A stretch of 64,000 nucleotides of DNA from an uncultured Clostridiaceae bacterium (lineage in GTDB: Bacteria; Bacillota; Clostridia; TANB77; CAG-508): assembly GCA_947647275.1 (NCBI GenBank), contig CANSJQ010000005.1:16095-80094 (forward strand), in the 5' to 3' direction. Under the pieces are notes generated by a model. It made no database searches. It was not told the origin of the DNA and worked only from the letters and a program-made list of their open reading frames with translations. Positions 39,329-49,518 of the stretch are shown here, in pieces; positions within the stretch are counted from its first letter, which is position 1; every line of letters begins with the position of its first letter. The position numbers and the translations under genes are program-made.

Positions 39329-40459
39329 TTATTCTTCAACTGGAACTTCTGAAATGTCTAAATATTCAAATGAATTATTATCTACTGCTTCACCGTTTGC
39401 ATATAGCTTTGTTAGATATACTCTTTCGTCATCTAAAAATCTAAAATCATCAGAATATTCTATTTTTTTGTTCATTCCCATATTTAAATCGTATTTTTCT
39501 GCTAAACCTATAATAGCTTTTCCTTGAGCTACTGTTGATTCTTGAATAATATCTACAGGTAATGGGAATTGATTTGATATATATTGTCCTAAAGCATTTT
39601 TTGTTGTAGTTAATACAAATACTTTAGTCCAATAATCGATAGGATTTACAACCAATGTTACTCTATTAACCACTCTTTTTCCTTCATTAGTTAATTTAGC
39701 AATTATTTTTCCTAATGTTTTTGGCTCAAAGTCTTTTACTTTAACAGCTGTTTTTTGTGGCACAGGTTGTCCTGGCGTCCTAGCTGCTTCTAGGTCTCTA
39801 TCCATTCCTAAAGGTTGGTTTACACCTGTTCCTGAAACTATAGCAGAAACTAAACCTTTCTTAATGCTTTCAGTTAATATAGTTCTTATATATCCTTCTA
39901 GCCATGCTGGACCTAAAACTAGGTAAGCTTTACAAATTGGTAAGAAAGCACTTAATTTATAAAGTGTAGTAGACTCTTTCTTAAATCCTGCTTCTAGTTC
40001 TTTTCTTATTTCTTCACATAGAGGTCCCCACCAAGCTGACTCTATATCGCCTGTTCTTTTTATTGTTTCAGTAACACCTGTTACATTTGTTATTCTTATT
40101 TTACTTAATAATGGATGTGACTCTTCTAATTCATCAAATACTCTATTTATTGTTGTAGTTGGCATTGTAACATCTAAATCTGTTAATGCTTGTTTTACAT
40201 TTTGTTCTTTCATTGCTTCTGCAACTTTTTGGAAATATTTGATTTCCTCAGATGTTAATTGTTTAACACCCCTATTTGTTAATATAATTGTGTCATCATT
40301 ATATTTAGCTTGTTCTTTTGTTACTTTTTGAGCTACTTCTTCTGCAACAATTTCCATCCATAATTGCATTACTTCTGCTTGTTCTTCTGTGTTTCCTTCT
40401 GTTATAGCTTTTAAAGCTTGTTCCTTTATTTCATCTTTGTTTAAATTTTTAATACTCAT
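39329..40459 (-). CDS. Major capsid protein
   Basis: 376 aa, downstream of the prohead protease and upstream of the connector genes. Typical siphovirus head-module order. Confidence 0.65.
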   Translation of the reverse strand: MSIKNLNKDEIKEQALKAITEGNTEEQAEVMQLWMEIVAEEVAQKVTKEQAKYNDDTIILTNRGVKQLTSEEIKYFQKVAEAMKEQNVKQALTDLDVTMPTTTINRVFDELEESHPLLSKIRITNVTGVTETIKRTGDIESAWWGPLCEEIRKELEAGFKKESTTLYKLSAFLPICKAYLVLGPAWLEGYIRTILTESIKKGLVSAIVSGTGVNQPLGMDRDLEAARTPGQPVPQKTAVKVKDFEPKTLGKIIAKLTNEGKRVVNRVTLVVNPIDYWTKVFVLTTTKNALGQYISNQFPLPVDIIQESTVAQGKAIIGLAEKYDLNMGMNKKIEYSDDFRFLDDERVYLTKLYANGEAVDNNSFEYLDISEVPVEE

Positions 40460-40461
40460 AA

Positions 40462-41343
40462 TTATTTTTCCTCTCTTTCATTTTTTAAAATTCCATTAAA
40501 AAAAGATTCAAACATATTAGTTTTTGAATCTTTCTTTTCTTCATTAAATAAACCTTTTAACTCTTTTTTTTGATTTCCATTTAAAAATCCTTCGAGTGTT
40601 ATACTTACGCTCTTTTCCATTTTTTCTGTAATTTTATTTAATGCTTTTTCTACTATTTGTTCTACATCTTCTACAGAACTTTCTTTAGATTTTTGCTTAA
40701 TTTGCATTTTTAAATCTTGATTTTCTTTTACTAGGTCCATTATGTTTTTACTTCCCGACTGCTCTATTTCATCTGAAATTGGTAACAATTCGTCGGCAAA
40801 TCCCATATCTAAGCATTCTTGAGCAGTTAGCCAAGTTTCATTGTCTAGTAATTCTTTTAACTCTTCTTCAGTTATATTAACTTTAGACATATAAGATTCT
40901 ATTGATGATTGCATAATTTTATCTAAATCATCAGCTGTTTTTCTTAAATCTTTAGCATTGCCAGAAGCATATGTCCAGCAATTATGTATCATCATCATAG
41001 TATTGTTAGGCATATAAACTTTATCTCCTGCCATAGCTATTACACTTGCTATACTACAAGCAAATCCATCTACATATACATTTACTGTTGCTTGATGTTG
41101 TTTTAATAAATTAAATATTGCTATTCCTTCAATTACATCACCACCCAACGAATTAATATGTAAATTTATTTCTGTAATATTTCCAAATTCTAATAATTTG
41201 TCTTTAAGTGTCTTTGCCGAATTACTATCTTCATCCCACCAACTGTCATAAATATCTCCATATAAATATATGTCAATACTATTTTCAGCTAGTTGTTTGA
41301 TTTTGTTTATTATTTTCTTCATATAATTCCTCACCTCCTTCAA
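40462..41343 (-). CDS. ClpP-like (S14) prohead protease fused to a scaffold-like C-terminal domain
   Basis: ..INSLGGDVIEGIAIFNLL..VYVDGFACSIASVIAMAGDKVYMPNNTMMMIHN.. has ClpP Ser/His signatures. Coiled-coil C-terminus. Confidence 0.7.
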   Translation of the reverse strand: MKEVRNYMKKIINKIKQLAENSIDIYLYGDIYDSWWDEDSNSAKTLKDKLLEFGNITEINLHINSLGGDVIEGIAIFNLLKQHQATVNVYVDGFACSIASVIAMAGDKVYMPNNTMMMIHNCWTYASGNAKDLRKTADDLDKIMQSSIESYMSKVNITEEELKELLDNETWLTAQECLDMGFADELLPISDEIEQSGSKNIMDLVKENQDLKMQIKQKSKESSVEDVEQIVEKALNKITEKMEKSVSITLEGFLNGNQKKELKGLFNEEKKDSKTNMFESFFNGILKNEREEK

Positions 41344-42463
41344 CTGATGTATAATTTTTAGTTACATAAGATTTATTAGCCCATTCTTCATTTAATTTTT
41401 CTTCTCCTAATTTATCTAATAAAACATTATGTGAAAAACCAATTCTAAATGCTTTGTCTATAGAGTCTGAATGTTTTAGCCAATTTATAAATTCTGTTGT
41501 TACTAAATCAGCTTTTATATATGAACCATTTAAAACTTGCATTTTAGAATATAGTTTTTTATTAATTTCAGAAGTAAACATTACTGCAAATGGTTTAAAT
41601 GCGTGTGTCATATATATTTTTTCTTGTTCGTCTAATTCGTTTTTATTTCCATATAATAAATCTATTGGAATATTAAATATCATTGCTATTTTTTCAAATA
41701 TTTCTTTTCCACCATCTGTTAAATCAGAAATTGCATCATTTTGTTTAGATGATTTTTCATCTAAGTTACTTAATTTAAAACCTTTTGGTAAAGTTAAAAC
41801 ATTTCTATTTCCTTCTACAAAAGGTTTTATTAAGTTGTTTATTATTGTTTGTGTGCTATTATCTTCCCCATCCCTCAACGTAGATGATGTGTCCATTTCT
41901 ACAATTATTTTTCTAAATTTATTTCTTACATATGCATTTTCAAATGCTGTTAAAATTCTTGAATAATTATTATTTATACTATTTATTAATCCTTTTATTT
42001 TTTCGTTATTTAATGAAAAATACAAAACATCATCCATATAAAAAGTATCGTTTAATGGGTATTCATCTAATATAACTTCATCAAACCAATATCCTTTTAA
42101 CGCTAATTTATGTTTTTTAAAACTATCTGCAATAAATAAATTTCCATTTAATTCAAATAATAAAACTTCTTGATTTCTTATTAATTTATTTACAAATTTA
42201 TAATAAAAATCATATTTATTTTGATTTATGTTTGGTGATATGTTTAATTTATAATTTAAATTGCCTTCCGCTTCTGCATGGTTCTTATATGTCCTAAATT
42301 TTGTTGAAATAAAAGAACCTGCTAAAAGTGATATAGCTTTTTGTAAGCCTAATTCTTTATAGCAGGTATCATTTATTAAATCTATACATTCAGATAAAAT
42401 TATTTCATCTTTTTTATTAAACCATTTATGCATATATTCATTAGCTGTTTCAATAAAACTCAA
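41285..42463 (-). CDS. Portal protein
   Basis: 392 aa between the large terminase and the protease. Confidence 0.65.
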   Translation of the reverse strand: MSFIETANEYMHKWFNKKDEIILSECIDLINDTCYKELGLQKAISLLAGSFISTKFRTYKNHAEAEGNLNYKLNISPNINQNKYDFYYKFVNKLIRNQEVLLFELNGNLFIADSFKKHKLALKGYWFDEVILDEYPLNDTFYMDDVLYFSLNNEKIKGLINSINNNYSRILTAFENAYVRNKFRKIIVEMDTSSTLRDGEDNSTQTIINNLIKPFVEGNRNVLTLPKGFKLSNLDEKSSKQNDAISDLTDGGKEIFEKIAMIFNIPIDLLYGNKNELDEQEKIYMTHAFKPFAVMFTSEINKKLYSKMQVLNGSYIKADLVTTEFINWLKHSDSIDKAFRIGFSHNVLLDKLGEEKLNEEWANKSYVTKNYTSVEGGEELYEENNKQNQTTS

Positions 42464-42479
42464 GTTATTTACCTCCTTT

Positions 42480-44159
42480 TTAATAAGTTTTCATATATTT
42501 CATTAAGTAATTTTCATCTATTGTTGTTGCTTCTTCTAACTCGCTTTGTATGCTAGTTGCATGTGTCAGCGCCATAAAACCATCATTTTTTCTACTTTGT
42601 TGTTCTATTTTTATAAATGCTTTATTTCCATTTTTCCTAGGCTCTACTGCTGTATTATTTACATACCAACGCATTAATGTACTATCACCAAATATTAAAT
42701 TATGATTTGCAAACCAATCTTCTAATACTCCATATACCATTGTGTCTGTAAATTCACCACTTCTTACAACTACTATCTCTCCGCTTTTATTGCTTGTTGT
42801 TCTTAATGTTAATCCTACTTTTTTAAATGCTTCTATAAAATAATTAGCTTTTACTTTATCTATAGCAATTGCAATAATATTATAAAGTGTCATTTTTTCT
42901 ATAAACCAATTTGCAACAAGCTCTGGTGGAATTGTAGGAGTATTAATCCATATAATTTCACCTTTAGTATCAGCTTCTTCAAGTACTTCTTTTTTTACTA
43001 ATGATAGATGTGGGCTATTTCTATTAATAAATGTCTGTGTTAGCCATATTTTTTTACCATCTTTCTTGAACAATAAGCCAACTCCACAAAAATCTCTTAC
43101 ACTTGCATAATCTAGTCCACCTATACAAGACTGATTTTTTAGTTCAGGTATTACTTGATTCGTCGCTACAATATCTTCCCACTTTGCTACAACAGTTGTT
43201 TCATCTTGATGTGGAATATTCATTCTTTTAGTCATAAATGTATGATATTTCGATGGTCTTGTTTGTGCTTTTTGCCATTCATCTAACATAGTATTCATTA
43301 AATCTTTAAATTCATTTAATGATGGATTTGCTTTAATCCAATTGTTAGGATTCTTTGCTTCCTCTTCATTATCTAATTTACAAATAAAATATAATGTCCT
43401 AGTATTTTTTATTACTCCACTAAAAACATCTTTTGCTTCTTTTTTGTAATCATCAATTACACCATCTCGTATATCTCCATCTGTTGTTATATATGTAACT
43501 CTAAAATTCTTTTTCTTTCCTCCGCCAGATGTATGTACATCAATATTTTTATAATCTTCATATGCATGTATTTCATCAAAAAATACATGTCCTGGTCTTC
43601 TACCATCTTTTGTTTTTGAATTACTTGTATTATATTTAATACTTGACTTTGTTGTTTTGTTTTTTATCTCTTCTAAAGTTATACTATATGCTTTATTTAA
43701 TCTAGGTTTTGCTTCAATCATATCATGTACATCTATAAAAGATGTCTTTGCTTGGTCTTCTGATGTTGCAATGATATCTATATCATAATTATTAATTCCA
43801 TGTTGTTTAGTTGTTTGATAAAATATTTCTGTACTTATATAACCATTTTTACCAAATCCTCTTCCTCCCATAATAAAAAACTCATTAAATACCAACGAGC
43901 CATCTTTATAATATAAACCATATTCACATGCATCTAAAAACTTTTCCCAGTCTAAAAGTGGATAGTCAAACCATTTTTCTTTTGTGATTATTGCTTTTTC
44001 TATTTCTTCATGATTAATTATTATATCTTCTGTGTTTAACTTGTTTTTTAACCATGCAACCATTTGCTTTTGTTCTTCACAAGTTTTTATTTCTTGATTT
44101 TCAACAATTTCAAACCATCTATCTATATATTTATTATACTTCATAATCTGCATCACCAT
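42480..44159 (-). CDS. Terminase large subunit
   Basis: 559 aa. Walker A-like GGRGFGKNGY. ATPase N-terminal half and nuclease C-terminal half. Follows the small-subunit gene. Confidence 0.8.
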   Translation of the reverse strand: MVMQIMKYNKYIDRWFEIVENQEIKTCEEQKQMVAWLKNKLNTEDIIINHEEIEKAIITKEKWFDYPLLDWEKFLDACEYGLYYKDGSLVFNEFFIMGGRGFGKNGYISTEIFYQTTKQHGINNYDIDIIATSEDQAKTSFIDVHDMIEAKPRLNKAYSITLEEIKNKTTKSSIKYNTSNSKTKDGRRPGHVFFDEIHAYEDYKNIDVHTSGGGKKKNFRVTYITTDGDIRDGVIDDYKKEAKDVFSGVIKNTRTLYFICKLDNEEEAKNPNNWIKANPSLNEFKDLMNTMLDEWQKAQTRPSKYHTFMTKRMNIPHQDETTVVAKWEDIVATNQVIPELKNQSCIGGLDYASVRDFCGVGLLFKKDGKKIWLTQTFINRNSPHLSLVKKEVLEEADTKGEIIWINTPTIPPELVANWFIEKMTLYNIIAIAIDKVKANYFIEAFKKVGLTLRTTSNKSGEIVVVRSGEFTDTMVYGVLEDWFANHNLIFGDSTLMRWYVNNTAVEPRKNGNKAFIKIEQQSRKNDGFMALTHATSIQSELEEATTIDENYLMKYMKTY

Positions 44160-44472
44160 CTTCTTTTGATTCAGGTGCTTTAATTCCTAATTTATCTAAT
44201 ATTTTTATTTTTTGATTATTTACTTTTGTTAATTCAGCAATACTATCATTCTTTTTATATCCGTTTTGTCCTCCTCCATTGTTCCAATGAATACTTACTC
44301 CTCTTTTATTTATATCTTTACTTAGTTTATCTTCAATTTTTGTAAACTCAACATATTTTTCAAGCAATTCTATTGTTACTTTATTATAATTAGCTTTAGT
44401 TATTAGTTGCTGTTTTAATTCTTCTTTTAATTCTTCGTATTTCTTTGAATTTTCTTCTTTTTTTCTAGGCAT
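44134..44472 (-). CDS. Terminase small subunit
   Basis: 112 aa, basic N-terminus. Overlaps the terminase large subunit start. Confidence 0.55.
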   Translation of the reverse strand: MPRKKEENSKKYEELKEELKQQLITKANYNKVTIELLEKYVEFTKIEDKLSKDINKRGVSIHWNNGGGQNGYKKNDSIAELTKVNNQKIKILDKLGIKAPESKEDGDADYEV

Positions 44473-44587
44473 TTTAATCTTACCCTCCCTTCATATGGAA
44501 ATTTTAAAAAATTTGTTTAAATGAGAAAACTCCGCGTTTCCAAACATATGATTTTTAAGTTAAAATTTTCGAATGGGGGTATTATTT

Positions 44588-45022
44588 TTATCTTTCCGCT
44601 TCTTCTATATAATTTAATACCGTATCTACTGTTAATTTATCAAATCTCATGTTCTTTCTGCTCATTCTTCTATCTATTAGTTCGTATGTTTCATTATTTA
44701 ATTTACTTTTTAAATCATTTAATGTATATGTCCTTCCACAACATTCTTTTAATATAGCATGTTTTATTCCTCTATAATAGTTATACATTAATTCATCAAA
44801 TCTATTTATAGTTTCTTTTTCTAGATATGTTTTTTCATTTTTATTTTTCATTTTTATTAATTGTGAAACAGTGTATTCTTTTTCGTATATATTTAGTCTC
44901 ATTTCTTCTATATTATCCGCTTCTTTATTTAAAGTATCTTTATCTATATCTTCTTCTATTTCTACTACCTTTATATTATTTGCTTTTACTTCCTCTTCTA
45001 TTTTCTTTGCTTTTCTTGGCAT
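44588..45022 (-). CDS. Hypothetical prophage protein
   Basis: 144-aa ORF. Confidence 0.35.
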   Translation of the reverse strand: MPRKAKKIEEEVKANNIKVVEIEEDIDKDTLNKEADNIEEMRLNIYEKEYTVSQLIKMKNKNEKTYLEKETINRFDELMYNYYRGIKHAILKECCGRTYTLNDLKSKLNNETYELIDRRMSRKNMRFDKLTVDTVLNYIEEAER

Positions 45023-45041
45023 ATTAATTTCCTCCTTCTAT

Positions 45042-45371
45042 TTACCATTTTTCTTCATTTATGTATTTCTTCCTTGTTGTGCCGTTTATATGTTTTTCAT
45101 CTAGAATGTTGTGATGATATACACATACTGTTTCAAGATTACTTTCTGTGTATGCTAACTCTGGATGTTCTTCTAGCTCTTTTATATGATGTATATCTAA
45201 TTTTCTACCATGTTGTTTTATTGTTAATTTCCCTTCTTTTTTACATTCTTGGCATTCATAATTATCTCTAGATAATATTTTTTCTCGTAATGTTTTCCAA
45301 TAGTTGTCTTTATAAAACTTTATTTTGTTTCCTTCTGCAATTAATTGCTTTATTTGTTGTACTGAATACAT
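45042..45371 (-). CDS. HNH endonuclease (packaging-associated)
   Basis: CQECKKEG...HHIKEL...CVYHHN: HNH motif with zinc ligands. Typical position upstream of the terminase genes. Confidence 0.7.
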   Translation of the reverse strand: MYSVQQIKQLIAEGNKIKFYKDNYWKTLREKILSRDNYECQECKKEGKLTIKQHGRKLDIHHIKELEEHPELAYTESNLETVCVYHHNILDEKHINGTTRKKYINEEKW

Positions 45372-45392
45372 TTTAATTACTTCCTTTTTTTG

Positions 45393-45599
45393 CTAAAAAA
45401 TATAGAACGATAATAACCGTTCTATTCCTTCAAATTTTATATTGTCATTTTTGTTTTCTTCACATGGACATCTTTGTATATTTTGAACTATTAATTTTTT
45501 ATCTTTAAATTTTCCTTCATAGTTAAATACTTTTGCTAAGTTATATTCTTTTCCAGTAAATATTAATATATCTCCTACTTCAAATCGTTCTTTTTTCAT
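45393..45599 (-). CDS. Hypothetical prophage protein
   Basis: 68-aa ORF. Confidence 0.3.
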   Translation of the reverse strand: MKKERFEVGDILIFTGKEYNLAKVFNYEGKFKDKKLIVQNIQRCPCEENKNDNIKFEGIERLLSFYIF

Positions 45600-45731
45600 T
45601 TTCTTATTTGACCTCTTCTATTTTATGTTATTAAGCTATTAATTAATTTTAACTTTTTTCAATTTTCGACAAACTTTTTATTTTAAATGTAATAACATAG
45701 ATTCTCATTCGCTAAAGAAAGGAGAATTAAA

Positions 45732-45890
45732 ATGTTACATGTTAACGAAAAAGTTGGTCAAGAACTTGGTACTATATCAATAGCAATTTATAAAGACAAT
45801 GAAAGTGGTCTTTCTGCATTTAGTATTAATTCAGATGAAGACGTGGAATGTTTTTCTTATGCTATTGAAGATACTATGAAAAAGTTTTAG
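45732..45890 (+). CDS. Hypothetical small protein (52 aa)
   Basis: RBS aaaggagaattaaa. MLHVNEKVGQELGTISIAIYKDNESGLSAFSINSDEDVECFSYAIEDTMKKF. Confidence 0.3.
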   Translation: MLHVNEKVGQELGTISIAIYKDNESGLSAFSINSDEDVECFSYAIEDTMKKF

Positions 45891-45891
45891 A

Positions 45892-46104
45892 CTAACTTTG
45901 CTTAGTCTTTTTCTTTTCTAATTTTTTTATTTTTTCTGTTACTTCTATTATTAATATAAATATTGCTATTGCTATATATATTATTAAGTATGTAATTAAT
46001 CCTAATATAATAAATCCTGCTACTAAAATAACAGATGATAATATAAGTATTAATAAAATTGTTATTATTGAACTTAACATTGTTTTTTCCTCTCTAGTAA
46101 ACAT
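45892..46104 (-). CDS. Small membrane protein
   Basis: 70 aa with two TM segments. Confidence 0.3.
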   Translation of the reverse strand: MFTREEKTMLSSIITILLILILSSVILVAGFIILGLITYLIIYIAIAIFILIIEVTEKIKKLEKKKTKQS

Positions 46105-46346
46105 TTATTTTTTATTCTATAAGCACAATGTACTTTTTGAGTTCTTAGATTTATTATTTCTAAAAAGCTACAGTCTACGCATTCGCTTGGAAGTTTCTTC
46201 CTCAGCTTTTCTAAATTACTTTTATCTATCCATTTTTGTTGGTCTTCTATCATTTGTTCTACCTCTTTACATGAGTTTAATTTACAATTCTTACATTTTC
46301 TGTTTTGTTCTGAACATACTTTATTATCTATTAAACATTGTTCCAT
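46074..46346 (-). CDS. Cys-rich hypothetical protein
   Basis: 90 aa with multiple CxxC pairs. Confidence 0.35.
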   Translation of the reverse strand: MEQCLIDNKVCSEQNRKCKNCKLNSCKEVEQMIEDQQKWIDKSNLEKLRKKLPSECVDCSFLEIINLRTQKVHCAYRIKNKCLLERKKQC

Positions 46347-46369
46347 ATCTTTTGTTTCCTTTGTTTTCT

Positions 46370-46443
46370 TGGTTTCGGAACTTAGACTCGAACTAAGAAT
46401 AAGAGAGCCAAAATCTCTTGTGATACCATTTCACTATTCCGAA
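46370..46443 (-). tRNA. Phage-encoded tRNA-Gln (anticodon TTG)
   Basis: Minus strand: acceptor ttcggaa/ttccgaa, D arm gtgaaatggtatcac, anticodon stem agaga/tctct with loop ttTTGgc, T arm cttag-ttcgagt-ctaag, discriminator A, CCA. Confidence 0.7.
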
Positions 46444-46764
46444 ATATAGAAAATGCACTATTGTAGCTTTGTACAATAATGCATAATCATTTAGACTTAA
46501 CTAGAATTGTCTTTTGCCATTTTTATTCCATTTACTTGAAAGGAGGCGATTTCCTATAATCGTCTATTTATATATTAATTTATCTAGTATCATTAATAAG
46601 CATTATAAAAGAGCCTATCATTTAATAGACTCTGTTTATTTAAAATTTTTCAAAAAATAATTTTATATAAGTTGCATATGCAACAGAAATATTTGTATTT
46701 CCTTATATAATTAAATTGTTCTTGTAATATTGCCCTTTGATTTGTTCTGCAAGGAGGTGATAGT

Positions 46765-46830
46765 ATGAACAAATTAATAATGCTTGCTGTATTAGTTCTT
46801 ATTTATTTAATCTTGTCTTTATTTAAATAA
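46765..46830 (+). CDS. 21-aa hydrophobic micropeptide with strong RBS and a perfect terminator (46848-46878)
   Basis: gcaaggaggtgatagt-ATG. MNKLIMLAVLVLIYLILSLFK. Hairpin actagagtctgacacactctagt plus T-run. Confidence 0.3.
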   Translation: MNKLIMLAVLVLIYLILSLFK

Positions 46831-47479
46831 GTTCTACATACAAAAATACTAGAGTCTGACACACTCTAGTATTTTTTTGTTCTCTTTATGAACAATTATT
46901 AATAATGCTTGTTACAGATTATGAAAGGAGAGTGATTACAAATGACTTTTTCTCTTTCTTATCTGTACAATATATTATACGAAAATTTAGAATAAAAGTC
47001 AATACTTTTTGTCTAATTTGTCTATATAGTCTATACTTTCTATATAGTCTCAACAACTTTGAATATATTTTAAATATTATAAAAGAGCTAGCTATATTTA
47101 ATATAACTAACTCTTACTTGATTAAGACAACTTCAACACAAAATCTGCAACTTAATCTCACTACTTCTGCTTATGTTATCTAATGTAAGCTCATAACACA
47201 GTTCATTTTCGCTTCTTCTTACATGATAAGTTTTACGCATTTGGTAAGAGACTGTTAAGTACAATCTCTATGAAACTTTTAATTTACGAGATATTTTATA
47301 GTTTTTGCACCTGGTCTATGAGCCATCTCTGACTGTGCAACTAAAAGGGTAATCCGAAAGTTTTACCTTTCTTTAAATTCGCAATCTTTTTATATGTATT
47401 GCTATTATAATTATATTATAGTTAAAACGTGAAAACAAGGGAAAAAATAGGGCAAAATTAGGTAAAAAATAGGTAAATT

Positions 47480-47956
47480 TTAAAATTCTGCTATTTTTTC
47501 CGTTGCTTTTTGTATAATTTTCTTTATTGTATCTTCTGATCTAGTTTCATTATATAAATTATAATATGTAATATTTCCTATATGTTTATATGAATTTCCT
47601 TCTACGTAATACGCTATTAATATTTCACGTTCTTTCTTTCTTAGTCCTTCTAGTCTTATATCTACTTCTTCTAGTTTTGTATTCAGTTCACTTATTTCAT
47701 TTTCTATTTTTTCTAATTCTTGTCTTAAATCCGCTTCTATGTCTAAATTACTACTAGCTTTGTTTCCTACCTTGTCGCTTATTATATTCTTACTATGTAT
47801 ATCGCTATTTTCTTCATAGCTTGTGACCGACAAGGATACGTTTTTAAGACTTTCTATTTTTCTTAATATACTTTCCTTTTCTCGTAGTTTTAACTTTAAT
47901 TTTGCCTTGTTTTCTTTGTAATTCTTTAATAATAATATTAATTGTTCTTTTGTCAT
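47480..47956 (-). CDS. Late-gene transcriptional activator (ArpU/sigma-70 region 4-like)
   Basis: C-terminal ..EREILIAYYVEGNSYKHIGNI.. resembles a sigma region 4 HTH. Last gene before the ~1 kb non-coding gap preceding the packaging genes. Confidence 0.5.
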   Translation of the reverse strand: MTKEQLILLLKNYKENKAKLKLKLREKESILRKIESLKNVSLSVTSYEENSDIHSKNIISDKVGNKASSNLDIEADLRQELEKIENEISELNTKLEEVDIRLEGLRKKEREILIAYYVEGNSYKHIGNITYYNLYNETRSEDTIKKIIQKATEKIAEF

Positions 47957-47965
47957 ATGTTCCTC

Positions 47966-48289
47966 CTAACTAAAATCAACTTCGCTAAAATCATATCCTT
48001 CTATATTTTCTGTATAACTATCATAATAAGATTGATTTTTTTCACTATTTTGTTTGTCTATGATTTTTTGTAAAAACTCTTTTTTATCTACTTTTCTTTG
48101 ATATTCGTCAAATATTACAAAATTATCATCTTCTAGCCATTCTTTAAATTCTTCAAAATTTTTAAAATGTTTATTTGTTTGAAAACAAAATTTCCAACCA
48201 CAGCTTGATTTTCCTATATGAAATTCTTCATAATCTAAATATGTTTTCCTCTTTGGCTTTTTTAATCTTCCATAATAATTAGTTCCCAT
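47966..48289 (-). CDS. Hypothetical early protein
   Basis: 107-aa ORF. Confidence 0.35.
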   Translation of the reverse strand: MGTNYYGRLKKPKRKTYLDYEEFHIGKSSCGWKFCFQTNKHFKNFEEFKEWLEDDNFVIFDEYQRKVDKKEFLQKIIDKQNSEKNQSYYDSYTENIEGYDFSEVDFS

Positions 48290-48304
48290 ATTCTCACTTC
48301 TTTC

Positions 48305-48529
48305 TTATGTATTTACTTTTTCTACTAAGTCTGCTTTGATTAAATCGTATAAAAATACTATGTCATTGCTATTTCTTCCTTCTATATAAATAATTCTGTC
48401 ATATATATCTATGTATAATGTATCACTATAAAAAATATATTTTCCTGCTTCATCACAATGATTTGCTAATCTAAGTCCAAAATTACGTATTAACCAATTT
48501 AATTCGATTTTATCTTTTATTTTTAACAT
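48305..48529 (-). CDS. Hypothetical early protein
   Basis: 74-aa ORF. Confidence 0.3.
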   Translation of the reverse strand: MLKIKDKIELNWLIRNFGLRLANHCDEAGKYIFYSDTLYIDIYDRIIYIEGRNSNDIVFLYDLIKADLVEKVNT

Positions 48530-48723
48530 CTTTTCACCTCTTCTATCAATATTTTCTCAACTCTATTCAACGCTTCTTTATATGTTATAAATCTTACATG
48601 TCTATTCTTCATGTCTAGTCTTATTATTTTTACTTGCTCGTTATATCTTCGCATGTATAATTTTGCTAAAGTTAATCTTGTATAGCCTTCTTTCCACAAA
48701 TCTAATATTTCTTTGTCTGTCAT
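48523..48723 (-). CDS. Hypothetical early protein
   Basis: 66-aa ORF. Confidence 0.3.
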   Translation of the reverse strand: MTDKEILDLWKEGYTRLTLAKLYMRRYNEQVKIIRLDMKNRHVRFITYKEALNRVEKILIEEVKRC

Positions 48724-48750
48724 ATTACACCTCTTTAAGTGTAGTATGTG

Positions 48751-48981
48751 TTATTTGTTTAATTTTCTTCCACATATTGGGCAATAATTTATATCAATAT
48801 ATCTTGCTCCATCTCCATTATTTATCATAAGACCTGCTTTTCTATCTGTTTTTCCTTTTAATATAAACATTTCTAAATAAGTACAAGATTGTGGCTTATA
48901 CCCTGCTGTTTCTCGCCATTCAAAAGTATTTACTGCCTTTCCAGATATATGTCCTTCTTTCTCTCTACAATATTCACACAT
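48751..48981 (-). CDS. Zinc-ribbon hypothetical protein
   Basis: CEYC...CPICG. Confidence 0.35.
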   Translation of the reverse strand: MCEYCREKEGHISGKAVNTFEWRETAGYKPQSCTYLEMFILKGKTDRKAGLMINNGDGARYIDINYCPICGRKLNK

Positions 48982-48982
48982 A

Positions 48983-49297
48983 TTATTTTCCCTCCAGTAA
49001 TTCTTTTTCTAAATGTTTTATATACTCTCTTATAGCTTCTATTTTATTGTTTGCTTTTATGCAATCGATATAATTTGTTTTATCATAATTAAGTAGTTTT
49101 TTTATTACTTCTTTAGATATAGAATTATCTATGTAATTTAAAACTGTTTCTATTGCATTGGCTTTCTTTTCTGCTTTTTCATCTCTATATAAAACTCCTC
49201 CTGTCTTATAACATCTGCAAGCTATTAATGCATTATCTTGCATTTCTTTTAGCAGGCTTATTGCCTCTACCAAATTTATTTCATCTGCCTTACTCAT
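48983..49297 (-). CDS. Hypothetical early protein
   Basis: 104-aa ORF. Confidence 0.35.
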   Translation of the reverse strand: MSKADEINLVEAISLLKEMQDNALIACRCYKTGGVLYRDEKAEKKANAIETVLNYIDNSISKEVIKKLLNYDKTNYIDCIKANNKIEAIREYIKHLEKELLEGK

Positions 49298-49518
49298 ATT
49301 TCCTCCTCTACTTTCTCAAAACTTGTATAATCACATATATTTTCTATTACTTCGTTTATATCATCGTCACTTCCTAAGTAGTTTCCGTCTAACATATAGT
49401 GTGTTGTTGTGCTTGTCTCACAACCGTCTAATAAGCAGTCTAAACATACTATTTCATTTGTATATTTATCTTTGAAATATTCTTCTGCATAATCGCTTTC
49501 GCATCTATCACATTTCAT
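49294..49518 (-). CDS. Cys-rich hypothetical protein
   Basis: 74-aa ORF (CDRC...CLDC). Confidence 0.3.
   Translation of the reverse strand: MKCDRCESDYAEEYFKDKYTNEIVCLDCLLDGCETSTTTHYMLDGNYLGSDDDINEVIENICDYTSFEKVEEEI

Noticed and set aside
46905-47183. 92-aa + ORF in the late-region gap
   Set aside because: No RBS, low-complexity translation. The region is more likely non-coding leader or promoter DNA.
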